Part shown: in pieces, positions 20,776 through 31,435 of the stretch
Numbering within the stretch: position 1 is the first letter of the stretch
Layout: each line of letters begins with the position of its first letter
Assembly: GCA_963719085.1 (NCBI GenBank)
Contig: CAVRAL010000002.1
Location: forward strand, 1-64,000
Origin: a candidate division FCPU426 bacterium
Lineage (GTDB): Bacteria; Oederibacteriota; Muellerivitia; Muellerivitales; Muellerivitaceae
DNA length: 64,000 nt
Direction: 5' to 3'
Program-made: the position numbers and the translations under genes
The notes under the pieces: model-generated
Databases searched by the model: none
What the model saw: only the letters and a program-made list of their open reading frames with translations
What the model was told of the DNA's origin: nothing

Positions 20776-21809
20776 TAGGATTCTTCCGCCAGAATCTCGT
20801 CCATCTGGGCTTGGGTAATCCGAGTGGACGCCACCATGGATCGAAGCGACGCGTCCATGGACTGCATGCCTTGAGAGCCGCCGGTGGCGATAAGGGATGG
20901 TATTTTGTGCGTGTCGCTGTCCCGGATGGTGTTGGCCATGGCCAGGCTGTTGACCAATATCTCAAAGGCGGGAACCATGGCGGTCCCCTCGGCGTTCACC
21001 AAAAGCCTTTGGGAAATGATTCCCACCAAACTTTCGGACAAGCTGGCGATCGCCTGCGATTGCTCGGACGCGGGGAAAAGATTCACCACCCGGGAAATGG
21101 TGGCGGCCGCCGAACCCGTGTGGAGCGTGCCGATGACCAAATGGCCCGTCTCCGCCGCCGTCAGGGCCAGGCTCATCGTCTCGGTGTCGCGCATCTCCCC
21201 CACCATGATGATGTCCGGGTCTTCCCGCAAGGCGCTTCTGAGCGCCGCCGAAAAGCTGGCCGTGTGGGGACCCACGCTTCGCTGGTTGACCAGTGATTTT
21301 TTACGCTGGTGGATATACTCAATCGGGTCCTCGATGGTGATGATATGCTCGTCGCTTTCGGAGTTCAGGTAATCCACCAGCGCCGCGCAGGTCGTGGACT
21401 TTCCACAGCGCCCCGGCCCCGTGATCAGAATGAGCCCTTGGTTGGCGTCGGCGAATTTTTTCAGGATGGGCGGAAGGCCCAGTTGATCGATGGAAGCGAC
21501 CTTGGAGCTAAAATGCCGGAACACCGCGTCCCATCCGCGCCGCTGGCGAAAAGCGTTGACCCGAAATCTTTCCCCATTGGCCATGGTATAAGCCGTGTCG
21601 ATTTCCCAATCCGTCTTCAGCTTTTCCGCCATGGCCGCGTCCAGAATCTCAAAAATGAGCTCTTCGCAGTCTTGGATCGTGAGGGGCTGTTCAGTTAAGG
21701 GGGTGAGGCGGCCCAACAGGCGCAAATAAACGGGGGATTCGGAGGCGATATGAAGATCCGAGCCCTTGCGGTCAATACAGGCTTGAAGGTAGGAATCCAG
21801 TTTGGGCAT
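20775..21809 (-). CDS. pilT: PilT/PilU-family ATPase, second paralog
   Basis: GSDLHI, GPGRCGKSTT (variant Walker A), TIEDPIEY, LREDPDIIMVGEMRD, AAETGHLVIGTLHT. Confidence 0.9.
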   Translation of the reverse strand: MPKLDSYLQACIDRKGSDLHIASESPVYLRLLGRLTPLTEQPLTIQDCEELIFEILDAAMAEKLKTDWEIDTAYTMANGERFRVNAFRQRRGWDAVFRHFSSKVASIDQLGLPPILKKFADANQGLILITGPGRCGKSTTCAALVDYLNSESDEHIITIEDPIEYIHQRKKSLVNQRSVGPHTASFSAALRSALREDPDIIMVGEMRDTETMSLALTAAETGHLVIGTLHTGSAAATISRVVNLFPASEQSQAIASLSESLVGIISQRLLVNAEGTAMVPAFEILVNSLAMANTIRDSDTHKIPSLIATGGSQGMQSMDASLRSMVASTRITQAQMDEILAEES

Positions 21810-21842
21810 AGGTCGCTTTGAAACGGGATAAGGGTCTCATGG

Positions 21843-21871
21843 AAAATAAACGGATTAAAGGACGAAGTCAA
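21843..21871 (-). promoter_or_regulatory. Possible sigma70 promoter for the pilT pair
   Basis: TTGACT-N17-TATTTT on the minus strand. Confidence 0.4.
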
Positions 21872-21889
21872 CCGTGAAACACGAACCTA

Positions 21890-22035
21890 TTTCACCGCCA
21901 AGACGCCAAGTTCGCTAAGAAAGGCAAAAAATATCAGGTTAAAGATTTATGTCATCCAAAATAATAAAGAAATTGTCTAGGATTCTTGGAGAAACATAAG
22001 CAGTTCTTGGCGAACTTGGCGTCTTGGCGGTAAAA
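21890..22035. repeat. REPIN/MITE-like palindrome A: 32-bp arms, 82-bp AT-rich spacer
   Basis: TTTCACCGCCAAGACGCCAAGTTCGCTAAGAA ... TTCTTGGCGAACTTGGCGTCTTGGCGGTAAAA (30/32 inverted match). Confidence 0.92.
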
Positions 22036-22061
22036 ATGTTTTTCTTAGCTTTCGCCAAAAC

Positions 22062-22096
22062 AAAAAAGGCCCCGGCGGTTGCCCGCCGGGGCCTTT
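22062..22096 (-). terminator. Rho-independent terminator of groEL
   Basis: AAAGGCCCCGGCGG/CCGCCGGGGCCTTT stem followed by a T-tract on the minus strand. Confidence 0.9.
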
Positions 22097-22126
22097 AAAC
22101 TTCTAACTACTCACTTCTAACTGATT

Positions 22127-23839
<1,713 letters not shown>

Positions 23840-24130
23840 TTAACCTTCGACCACGCCAATGATGCTTTCTTCTTTCAAAATGACGTATTCTTTGTTGTCG
23901 ATGGTGACGTCTTCGCCGCCGTATTTTTCGAAGAGGACTGTGTCCCCTTCTTTCACATCCAGCTTGAGAACCTCACCCTTTTCATTCACCCGGCCTTTGC
24001 CGACGGCGATGATTTTGCCCTTTTGCTGCTTCTCGCGGGCGGCGTCCGGAATGATGATGCCGCTCGTGGTCTTTTCAGCTTCTCCCACGCGTTCGATCAA
24101 AACCCGGTCGTGTAACGGACGAAATTTCAT
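23840..24130 (-). CDS. groS: Co-chaperonin GroES
   Basis: MKFRPLHDRVLI, TTSGIIIPDAAREK; AGGAGG RBS before ATG at 24130. Confidence 0.98.
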   Translation of the reverse strand: MKFRPLHDRVLIERVGEAEKTTSGIIIPDAAREKQQKGKIIAVGKGRVNEKGEVLKLDVKEGDTVLFEKYGGEDVTIDNKEYVILKEESIIGVVEG

Positions 24131-24222
24131 AAAACACCCTCCTAAAAATTTACTCACAGCCGCCCCAGGGGCCGCCGCGAGATTGAATTCAATCTTTGTT
24201 TGGCGGCAGAAAAGCCGCCGGA

Positions 24223-24249
24223 TTAGCACTCAATCAGCTCGAGTGCTAG
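24223..24249. promoter_or_regulatory. CIRCE element (HrcA operator)
   Basis: TTAGCACTC-AATCAGCTC-GAGTGCTAG versus consensus TTAGCACTC-N9-GAGTGCTAA, upstream of groES. Confidence 0.95.
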
Positions 24250-24256
24250 GGTGGTA

Positions 24257-24285
24257 ATAATAGGCACAGGCCCTGGGAGCGTCAA
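24257..24285 (-). promoter_or_regulatory. Sigma70-type groESL promoter
   Basis: TTGACG-N17-TATTAT immediately upstream of the CIRCE. Confidence 0.8.
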
Positions 24286-24323
24286 GATTGGGATTGAAAA
24301 AAACAGGTTAAATGCGCGGGCAT

Positions 24324-24358
24324 AAAAAAAGCCCCCCATCTCAAGATGAGAGGCTTTT
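24324..24358 (-). terminator. Rho-independent terminator after hup
   Basis: AAAAGCCTCTCATC-loop-GATGGGGGGCTTTTTTT on the minus strand. Confidence 0.8.
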
Positions 24359-24380
24359 GAATTGATCTTACGCCGTTGTT

Positions 24381-24653
24381 TTACTTGACGATTTCCTTGA
24401 AATTTTTCGAAGGCAGGAACTTCGGCGCCCGCTTGGCGGGAACCTGGATCGACTCCCCGGTCTTGGGGTTGCGGGCCAGCCGGGCTTTTTTGTCCTTCAA
24501 CTTAAAAATGCCCAAACCCGTGATATTGACTTTGTCGCCGGTTTTAATGGTTTCGATAATCGTGGTGATGAGGGCGTCCAGAGCTTTCTGGGTATCCGCC
24601 TTTTTTAGGCCGGTGATTTCGACAATCTTCGCGACCAATTCGTCTTTGGTCAT
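24381..24653 (-). CDS. hup: HU-family DNA-binding protein
   Basis: MTKDELV, ARNPKTGESIQVPAKRAPKF. Confidence 0.96.
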   Translation of the reverse strand: MTKDELVAKIVEITGLKKADTQKALDALITTIIETIKTGDKVNITGLGIFKLKDKKARLARNPKTGESIQVPAKRAPKFLPSKNFKEIVK

Positions 24654-24849
24654 TCGCTTACCCTCCGCAAAGTCAAAAAAAGCTTAAAAAGCGTTGATTT
24701 GCTGGATTAAGTATGCACCTGGCTTAAAAACCTGGCAAGCAAAAACCCTTTATTTTCAGCTGTTTGAACGTTGCAAAGGAAAAAAGCTTTTAAAATAAGG
24801 CTTTTATCGCCGGCCTCTACCGCCGAAGGAACCGAAAACCCTTTTAAAA

Positions 24850-25719
24850 TCAGCGGTAAATTTCAGGCCGAAAATAAAAACGCCGTTGAATCACCTGTTT
24901 GATTTTAGGCATCTGCCGTTTGGCTTCTTTTTCACCGGCGTCAATCAAACTTTTTCCCGTGCTGAAGTCGAACAAATCAAAGAGCCGCAAATCCGGCTCG
25001 ATCAAAACATCGGCTTGGTCCCGCCAGTGGGATTGTTCCCGCACGAAGAAATACCAAACCCGCATGAGGATTTGAAACACGTTGGAGGCCGGGGGGAAAA
25101 CTTGGTTATGGCCGAAAACATTGACCGCGATCACCACATCCGCTCCCAGCGCCTTCAAAGCCTTCACCGGCACGTTTTCGGACATGCCGCCATCCACCAA
25201 TTGACAGCCTTCCATTTCCACCGGCGAGTAGATTCCGGGAATCGTGCAGGACGCCCGAACCGCTTTATCCAAAGCGCCCCGGGTGAAAACCACTTCCTGG
25301 CCCGAGCAAATATCCGTCGCCACGACCGCCAAAGGTTTTTTAAGCTCGTCAAAGGTGGCGACCTTCAGGTACTTACGGATGTATTCCTCGATCGGACCTG
25401 AGGAAACCAGCCCGCTGCGGGAAGGGCGGAAAGAAAAAAGCTCGCCCCAGTTAGTATTGATCCCAATTTCCTCGATGCGGGAAACGGGCAGGCCCGTCGC
25501 GTAAGCCGCCGCGATGATGGCGCCCGCGCTGGTACCGGCGATGCAATCCACTTGCACGCCGGCCTTTTCCAAGGCCTTCAAAACCCCGATCTGGGCCACG
25601 CCATAGGCGATGCCGCCGCAAAGGGCCAAGCCCACCTTATATTGGTTTGGTTTTTTTTCCTTTTGCAGCTGCTGAAGGGTACGGAGATTTAAGTGGGGCC
25701 CTGATTGCTTTTTTGCCAT
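24850..25719 (-). CDS. Patatin-like phospholipase (NTE/RssA type)
   Basis: LALCGGIAYG, GTSAG nucleophile elbow, AVRASCTIPG, VDGG. Confidence 0.93.
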   Translation of the reverse strand: MAKKQSGPHLNLRTLQQLQKEKKPNQYKVGLALCGGIAYGVAQIGVLKALEKAGVQVDCIAGTSAGAIIAAAYATGLPVSRIEEIGINTNWGELFSFRPSRSGLVSSGPIEEYIRKYLKVATFDELKKPLAVVATDICSGQEVVFTRGALDKAVRASCTIPGIYSPVEMEGCQLVDGGMSENVPVKALKALGADVVIAVNVFGHNQVFPPASNVFQILMRVWYFFVREQSHWRDQADVLIEPDLRLFDLFDFSTGKSLIDAGEKEAKRQMPKIKQVIQRRFYFRPEIYR

Positions 25720-25725
25720 GGGTTT

Positions 25726-26505
25726 TTATTTATCCGTGAACTTCGGTTGTCTTTTTTCGATGAAGGCCGAAACCCCTTCTTTCATATCGGGCGACTCGCA
25801 GCAAACCGCGAACATATCGGATTCCAACTTCATTCCCTCATCCAAATGGGACTGCTCGGGCCCTAAGGTCATCGCCTTCAGCGCCTGGGCGATGGCCACC
25901 GCCGGCTTCATCGCGATTTTTTTGGCGAGTCCTTGCGCTTGGCGTAAAACTTCCGCTTCCGGCACCACATGATTCACCAACCCCGCCGCCTTCGCGTCCT
26001 GGGGCGCGATATTATCGCCAGTTAAAATCCACTCGATGGCTTTCGCCTTACCGGCCAAGAGGGCCATGCGCTGGGTCCCGCCAAAGCCCGGGATGATTCC
26101 CAGGTTAATCTCGGGCTGTCCCAAGCGGGCGCGATCGGAGCAAATCCGGATATGGCAGGCCATCGCCAGCTCCATCCCGCCGCCCAGGCAGACGCCGTTG
26201 ATGGCCGCGATGACGGGTTTTTCCAAACGCTCGATCTTCATCAAGACCGCCTGGCCCCGGGTCGTGGCCTTTTTCCCGTCCGCGGCCGTGGTGAGCTGGG
26301 TGAATTCTTTAATGTCCGCGCCGGCCACGAAAACAGGCCCCGTCCCGGTGAGGATGATCACTTTGGCCTCGGGGTTTTTCGCCAATTCGCCGAAGGTCGA
26401 TTCCAGCTCCGTCAAAACATCCGCGGACAAAGCGTTCACCGGCGGACGGTTGATCGTCACCGTGGCCACCTTGGATTCAATCGCCACATTTAAGTACTGT
26501 CCCAT
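25726..26505 (-). CDS. Enoyl-CoA hydratase
   Basis: FVAGADI, AAINGVCLGGGMELAMAC, GQPEINLGIIPGFGGTQR. Confidence 0.95.
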   Translation of the reverse strand: MGQYLNVAIESKVATVTINRPPVNALSADVLTELESTFGELAKNPEAKVIILTGTGPVFVAGADIKEFTQLTTAADGKKATTRGQAVLMKIERLEKPVIAAINGVCLGGGMELAMACHIRICSDRARLGQPEINLGIIPGFGGTQRMALLAGKAKAIEWILTGDNIAPQDAKAAGLVNHVVPEAEVLRQAQGLAKKIAMKPAVAIAQALKAMTLGPEQSHLDEGMKLESDMFAVCCESPDMKEGVSAFIEKRQPKFTDK

Positions 26506-26543
26506 AAAACCTCCCTAACGATTAGGATTCAAGCAGAACAAAA

Positions 26544-26651
26544 TTTACCGCCAAGACGCCAAGTTCGCCAAGAACACCAAAATCATCCCTTTGGTTTTAA
26601 ACCTTGGTTCGCCTTGATTTTCTTGGCGAACTTGGCGTCTTGGCGGTGAAA
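26544..26651. repeat. REPIN/MITE-like palindrome B: same arms as A, 45-bp unrelated spacer
   Basis: TTTACCGCCAAGACGCCAAGTTCGCCAAGAA ... TTCTTGGCGAACTTGGCGTCTTGGCGGTGAAA. Confidence 0.92.
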
Positions 26652-26658
26652 ATAGATT

Positions 26659-27870
26659 TTAGTAAGTAAAAAAACCCTTTTTCGTCTTTTGGCCCAAATA
26701 GTTGGCCGCGACCATGCGTTTTAAAATCGGGGCTGGCCAGAAACGGGGCCCCAAGGTTTTTGAGAATTCCTTCAATTTTTCCAGCACCACGTCCACGCCG
26801 ATGCCGTCGGCCAAATGAAGCGGGCCGCCTTTGTCCTGGGGAAACCCGGTTCCCGCCAGCATAGCCAGGTCGATATCGGAGGGCGAGGCCACGTTTTCTT
26901 CCAAACAATAGGCCGCCTCATTGATCATCTGGAACACCAGCCGTTCAGGGGAGAATGGGGTTCCCTTGATCCCAGTCTTGGCTTGGATCTCATCCACAAT
27001 CGGTTTTAGGTCGGCCTTTTTGGACTCGTCATAAACATAAAAACCGATCCCGTTTTTGGTGCCCAAGCGGTTCGCCTTATGCATGGCGCCGAGAATTTCA
27101 GCGGCTTTCATGCGCGGCCCGAAGGAATCATAAAGAATCATCGAGACATCCGCGCAGACGTCCAAGCCCAGCATGTCCAAAAGCGCGAAGGGGCCCATGG
27201 GCATTCCGAAGGCGCGCATCGCCTTGTCCATCTCTTCCGGCGGCGCCGAGCCTTCTTGCAAGGCGTAAGCGGCCTCGTTTAAGTAAGGAAGCAGGAGACG
27301 GTTTACCAAAAAGCCGGCGCATTCTTTCACCCGGACCGGCATCTTGCGGAGGGACTCAGCGAAAGCCACCGCGTCGTCCACGGTTTCGGAGGAAGTTTGC
27401 AGTCCCGGAATCACCTCGACCAATTTCATGACCGGGGCCGGGTTGAAGAAATGAATGCCGATAACTTTGTCCGAACGCTTGACCGCCGAGGCGATCTGCG
27501 AAATGGAAAGCGCCGAGGTATTGGTTGCCATGATGGCGGTTTCCGGCAAAACCTTCTCCAGATCTTGAAAAACCTGTTGTTTGACCTTCATATTCTCGAA
27601 AACAGCCTCAATCACGAGGTCACAATCTTTGAAATCGTCGTAAGAAGTAGTACCCGAAACCAAGGTCATCTTTTGTTCAAGTTCCGACGCCGACATCTTG
27701 CCTTTATCCACCCGGGCCTGATAGACCTTGCGAACCAACTCGATTCCCTTTTTAACCCGCTCATCATCCGTATCCTTGATCACCACCGGCAATCCGGAAA
27801 AAGAAATGACCTGGGCGATTCCCGCCCCCATAGCCCCCGCGCCGACTACACCGGCTTTATAAATGAACAT
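26659..27870 (-). CDS. 3-hydroxyacyl-CoA dehydrogenase with duplicated C-terminal domain
   Basis: GAGAMGAGIA, VIEAVFE, ATNTSALSI, HFFNPAP, GFLVNRLL, PMGP, and a second GTGFP..GGP domain. Confidence 0.94.
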   Translation of the reverse strand: MFIYKAGVVGAGAMGAGIAQVISFSGLPVVIKDTDDERVKKGIELVRKVYQARVDKGKMSASELEQKMTLVSGTTSYDDFKDCDLVIEAVFENMKVKQQVFQDLEKVLPETAIMATNTSALSISQIASAVKRSDKVIGIHFFNPAPVMKLVEVIPGLQTSSETVDDAVAFAESLRKMPVRVKECAGFLVNRLLLPYLNEAAYALQEGSAPPEEMDKAMRAFGMPMGPFALLDMLGLDVCADVSMILYDSFGPRMKAAEILGAMHKANRLGTKNGIGFYVYDESKKADLKPIVDEIQAKTGIKGTPFSPERLVFQMINEAAYCLEENVASPSDIDLAMLAGTGFPQDKGGPLHLADGIGVDVVLEKLKEFSKTLGPRFWPAPILKRMVAANYLGQKTKKGFFTY

Positions 27871-27892
27871 GTTTGACCTCCCGGTCTAACGT

Positions 27893-28261
27893 TTAGAACA
27901 TTCCATCTTTGTTCACGACATCTTTTTGGATCGGCTGGGCCAGATCCCACAATTCCACGATCTTCTCGCCTTCGAAACGGAACCAGTGAACGACCGCCAG
28001 TTCCAACTCCCCGATCTTCAAAACCAACCGGGAATGAACCGCCACTTGATTCCCCGCTTCCAATACTTTTTTCACCTCGAATTGCTTGTTAGGGAACATG
28101 CCGTCGTTTTCCAACATGCCTTTCTTCAAGGCCTCGAATCCGGCCGGGGTATAAGCGTTGTGATGCTTCCCCTTCATGTCGACGTGCTTGGCGTAAGCCT
28201 GTTCGATCCGGCCCGCCACCACCATTTTCAAAAAATCCAAAGCCGCTTGCTGATGATCCAT
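27893..28261 (-). CDS. SnoaL-like / NTF2-family protein
   Basis: HHNAY, VAVHSR, AVVHWFRFEGEKIVELWD. Confidence 0.85.
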   Translation of the reverse strand: MDHQQAALDFLKMVVAGRIEQAYAKHVDMKGKHHNAYTPAGFEALKKGMLENDGMFPNKQFEVKKVLEAGNQVAVHSRLVLKIGELELAVVHWFRFEGEKIVELWDLAQPIQKDVVNKDGMF

Positions 28262-28278
28262 CTTAATTTTCCCGCGGA

Positions 28279-29469
28279 TTATTTGCGTTCCAATATCATC
28301 GCCCCGCCCAAGCCGCCGCCGATGCACATGGAGATGATTCCCAAATCCACATTACGGCGGGTCATTTCTTTGAGCGCGGTCAAAATGAGCCGGGCGCCGG
28401 TCATGCCCACCGGATGGCCCAGCGCGATCGAGCCGCCGTTGACGTTTAAAATTTCCCGGTTCATTTTTAAAACCCGGTCATCCGCCAAAACCTGGGCCGC
28501 GAAGGCCTCGTTGATCTCAATCAGCTTCATATCCGAAAGTTCCAAGCCGCCTTTTTTGAGCGCCCTTGGAATCGCGTGGGCCGGCCCGATGCCCATCCGT
28601 TCCGGCTCCACGCCGGAAAAAGCGTAAGAGCGCACATAGCCCAAAGGCTTATAACCAAGCGCGTCGGCTTTTTCTTTGGACATCACCATCAGAACCGCCG
28701 CGCCGTCATTGATGCCGCAGGCGTTTCCCGGCGTGACCGTGCCGCCCTCTTTAAAGATAGTCGGATAAGAAGCCAGCGTCTGTTCGTTCAAAGCGATATT
28801 GATTCCCTCATCTTGGGTGATGGGTTCGGCGGCCACAGGCTTGCCCATCACTTTCTTTTGGACGATCACGGGGACAATCTCCTCTTTGAATTTATTTTCC
28901 CGTTGGGCTTTGAAAGCCTTTTTGTGGCTCTGCACGGCGTATTCGTCTTGTTCCTTGCGGGAAATTTTAAACTCATCGGCCAAAACCTCGGCGGTTTGGC
29001 CCATGACCAAATGGCAAACCGGGTCCGTCAGCCCTTCCATCAGGCTGTCGATCATTTTGGAATCCCGCATACGCCGGCCGAATCTTAAATCCCGGCTCAC
29101 GTAAGGCGCTTGGCTCATGGATTCGGTACCGCCGGCAAACTGTAAATCAGCGTCGCCGCATTGGATATTCTGGTAAGCGTTCACCACCGCCTGCATGCCG
29201 GAGGAACAGTTACGCTGGACCGTATAAGCCGTGGCTTCTTTGGGAATTCCCGCGAGCAAAGCGGCCACCCGGGCTACGTTGGGCGCGTCCGAAAATTGGC
29301 CCACGCAGCCTAAAATAATCTCGTCAATCTCGGAAGACTTCAGGTTGTTGCGCTTCACCAGTTCTTTCATGACCGTCGCGGCCATATCCTGCGCCGTCAC
29401 GTCTTTCAAAGCCCCGCCCAGGTTGCCAATGGGCGTCCTCGCCCCGTCCACAATGACCACGTCTTTCAT
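28279..29469 (-). CDS. Acetyl-CoA acyltransferase (thiolase)
   Basis: RTPIG, NCSSG, EINEAFA, NGGSIALGHPVGMTGAR, CIGGG. Confidence 0.97.
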   Translation of the reverse strand: MKDVVIVDGARTPIGNLGGALKDVTAQDMAATVMKELVKRNNLKSSEIDEIILGCVGQFSDAPNVARVAALLAGIPKEATAYTVQRNCSSGMQAVVNAYQNIQCGDADLQFAGGTESMSQAPYVSRDLRFGRRMRDSKMIDSLMEGLTDPVCHLVMGQTAEVLADEFKISRKEQDEYAVQSHKKAFKAQRENKFKEEIVPVIVQKKVMGKPVAAEPITQDEGINIALNEQTLASYPTIFKEGGTVTPGNACGINDGAAVLMVMSKEKADALGYKPLGYVRSYAFSGVEPERMGIGPAHAIPRALKKGGLELSDMKLIEINEAFAAQVLADDRVLKMNREILNVNGGSIALGHPVGMTGARLILTALKEMTRRNVDLGIISMCIGGGLGGAMILERK

Positions 29470-29513
29470 GTTGTTCCCCTTTCAAAACCATTAACCCGCA
29501 CCAAAACAAACAT

Positions 29514-29607
29514 CCAACGCAAAGACGCCAAGACGCAAAGGAAATCAAAAAAACAAATTTGGTTTTACTTCAAAGTCCTTCTTGGCGTCTTAGCGTCTTC
29601 GCGTTGG
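29514..29607. repeat. Palindrome C, 8-nt periodic variant of the ACGCCAAG family
   Basis: CCAACGCAAAGACGCCAAGACGCAAAG ... CTTGGCGTCTTAGCGTCTTCGCGTTGG. Confidence 0.85.
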
Positions 29608-29620
29608 CTTTTTTCGCCGG

Positions 29621-31297
29621 TTACTTCTTTAGCTTCGCCTTTTCTTCTTCGACCAAAAGCCGCCGCAGCATTTTGCCTACCATGTTTTTCGGCAAAGATT
29701 CCCGGAACTCCACTTCCTTAGGAACCTTGTACTTAGCCAGCTTCCCCTTGCAGAATTCGATGATTTCCTGCGGAGTGGCCGTCATTCCGGGCTTCAAGAC
29801 AATGTAAGCCTTGATCTTATCCACCAATTTCTCATCCGGAATCCCCGCCACCACGCAATCCAAGACCTTCTCGTTTTGAAACAAAACTTCTTCCACGTCC
29901 CGGGGATAAACATTTTCCCCGCCGACCTTCACCATGTCTTTTTTGCGGTCCACGATGGCGAAAAAGCCGTCCTCATCCATGTAGCCGATATCCCCCGTGT
30001 AAAGCCATCCGTCCCTGAGGACCATTTTGGTTTCTTCCGGGTGGTTCCAATAGCCCTGCATGATCTGCGGGCCCTTGATGACCAGTTCCCCGGTTTCCTT
30101 GACCGGCATTTCTTTCGTTCCCGTCTCCACGTCCATGATCTTGGCGTCGGTGCCCACGAAGGGCAGGCCGATCATTCCCAGCTTGCGCTTGCCGTAAACC
30201 GGATTGCAATGGGTGACCGGCGAGGCTTCGGTCAAACCATAACCTTCCACCAGCTTGCCGCCGGTGAGGGCCTCGAATTTTTTCTGAACTTCCTGGTGCA
30301 AGGGCCCCGCGCCTGAGATACAGGCCTTAATGGTATGGACGTTGTACTTGCCCACTTGAGGGTAATTATTAATGGCCACGTAGATCGCCTGGACACCCGG
30401 GAAGATACTGACCTTGTATTTGTCGACGGCCTTCAAAACCTGCACCACGTCAAACTTGGGCACCAAAACCATGGAAGCGGCCATGGTGATGGCGAAGGTC
30501 ATTCCGGCCGTCATGCCGTAAGAATGGAAGATCGGAATGGCCAGCATGAAAACTTCCCGGCCCTCGGGCAGTCCCGGGAACCAAGCCTTACATTGATAAG
30601 CGTTGGCCACCATGTTGCGGTGGGTCATGATGACACCCTTGGAAACGCCCGTGGTGCCGCCCGTATATTGCAAAAGCGCGGTCTCGTCCATTGGGTGGGA
30701 AGCGCGGACCGGCGTGGCCGGGCTTTTTTCCACTTCTTTGAAAAAGGAGCGGAAAAGCCGCTCCGTCGGCCATTCAACCCAAGTTTTTTCTTTTTTGGCC
30801 TTCAGCGGGTAAATCCACTTTAAAGGAATGGGAAAATAATCGTTGATGCGCGTCACCCAAACGGCTGTCAACCCGCAGTCGGCGGCCACTTCTTTCAGGA
30901 TCGGCACGAAACGGTCCAGGGCCACCACATGTTTGGCCCCCGAGTCTTTTAATTGGTGCAGGGTCTCGGAAGCCGAATTGAGCGGGTTCAGCTGGGTCAG
31001 GATCGCGCCCGCCCTTAAAACGCCGAAAAAGGCGATCACCACTTCCGGGCAATTCGGCAAATAAAGCGCCACCCGGTCTCCCGGCTTTACGCCTTCTTTA
31101 AGTAAAAGATTGGCGAATTGATCGATTTTGCGGTTGATCTCCCGGTAAGTGAAAGAGGCCCCAAAATAATGAATGGCCTGATGGGAGGGGTATTTCGCCG
31201 CGGTTTCGTCTAAAATTTCAGGGAAAGGTTTTTCAGGGTAGCTCAGGGTCCGGGGAACCCCTTCATCATAAGAGGATAGCCAAGGTCTCTCATTCAT
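29621..31297 (-). CDS. fadD: Long-chain fatty acid-CoA ligase
   Basis: LQYTGGTTGVSKG, EGYGLTEASP, GWLYTGDIG, DRKKDM. Confidence 0.93.
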   Translation of the reverse strand: MNERPWLSSYDEGVPRTLSYPEKPFPEILDETAAKYPSHQAIHYFGASFTYREINRKIDQFANLLLKEGVKPGDRVALYLPNCPEVVIAFFGVLRAGAILTQLNPLNSASETLHQLKDSGAKHVVALDRFVPILKEVAADCGLTAVWVTRINDYFPIPLKWIYPLKAKKEKTWVEWPTERLFRSFFKEVEKSPATPVRASHPMDETALLQYTGGTTGVSKGVIMTHRNMVANAYQCKAWFPGLPEGREVFMLAIPIFHSYGMTAGMTFAITMAASMVLVPKFDVVQVLKAVDKYKVSIFPGVQAIYVAINNYPQVGKYNVHTIKACISGAGPLHQEVQKKFEALTGGKLVEGYGLTEASPVTHCNPVYGKRKLGMIGLPFVGTDAKIMDVETGTKEMPVKETGELVIKGPQIMQGYWNHPEETKMVLRDGWLYTGDIGYMDEDGFFAIVDRKKDMVKVGGENVYPRDVEEVLFQNEKVLDCVVAGIPDEKLVDKIKAYIVLKPGMTATPQEIIEFCKGKLAKYKVPKEVEFRESLPKNMVGKMLRRLLVEEEKAKLKK

Positions 31298-31335
31298 GTG
31301 TCGCTCCCGGGTCGTTGAGAAATCCTACGGTTATT

Positions 31336-31364
31336 AGTGTATGCCTCCCTTAAGACCCTGTCAA
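31336..31364 (-). promoter_or_regulatory. Sigma70-type promoter of the fad operon
   Basis: TTGACA-N17-TACACT on the minus strand. Confidence 0.7.
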
Positions 31365-31435
31365 ACCATCGTCCTTTTTTTCCGGTTTGTGGCAAAATAG
31401 TTTCGCTCAGGTCATCTCGTGGAAAGCGGGTTCGC

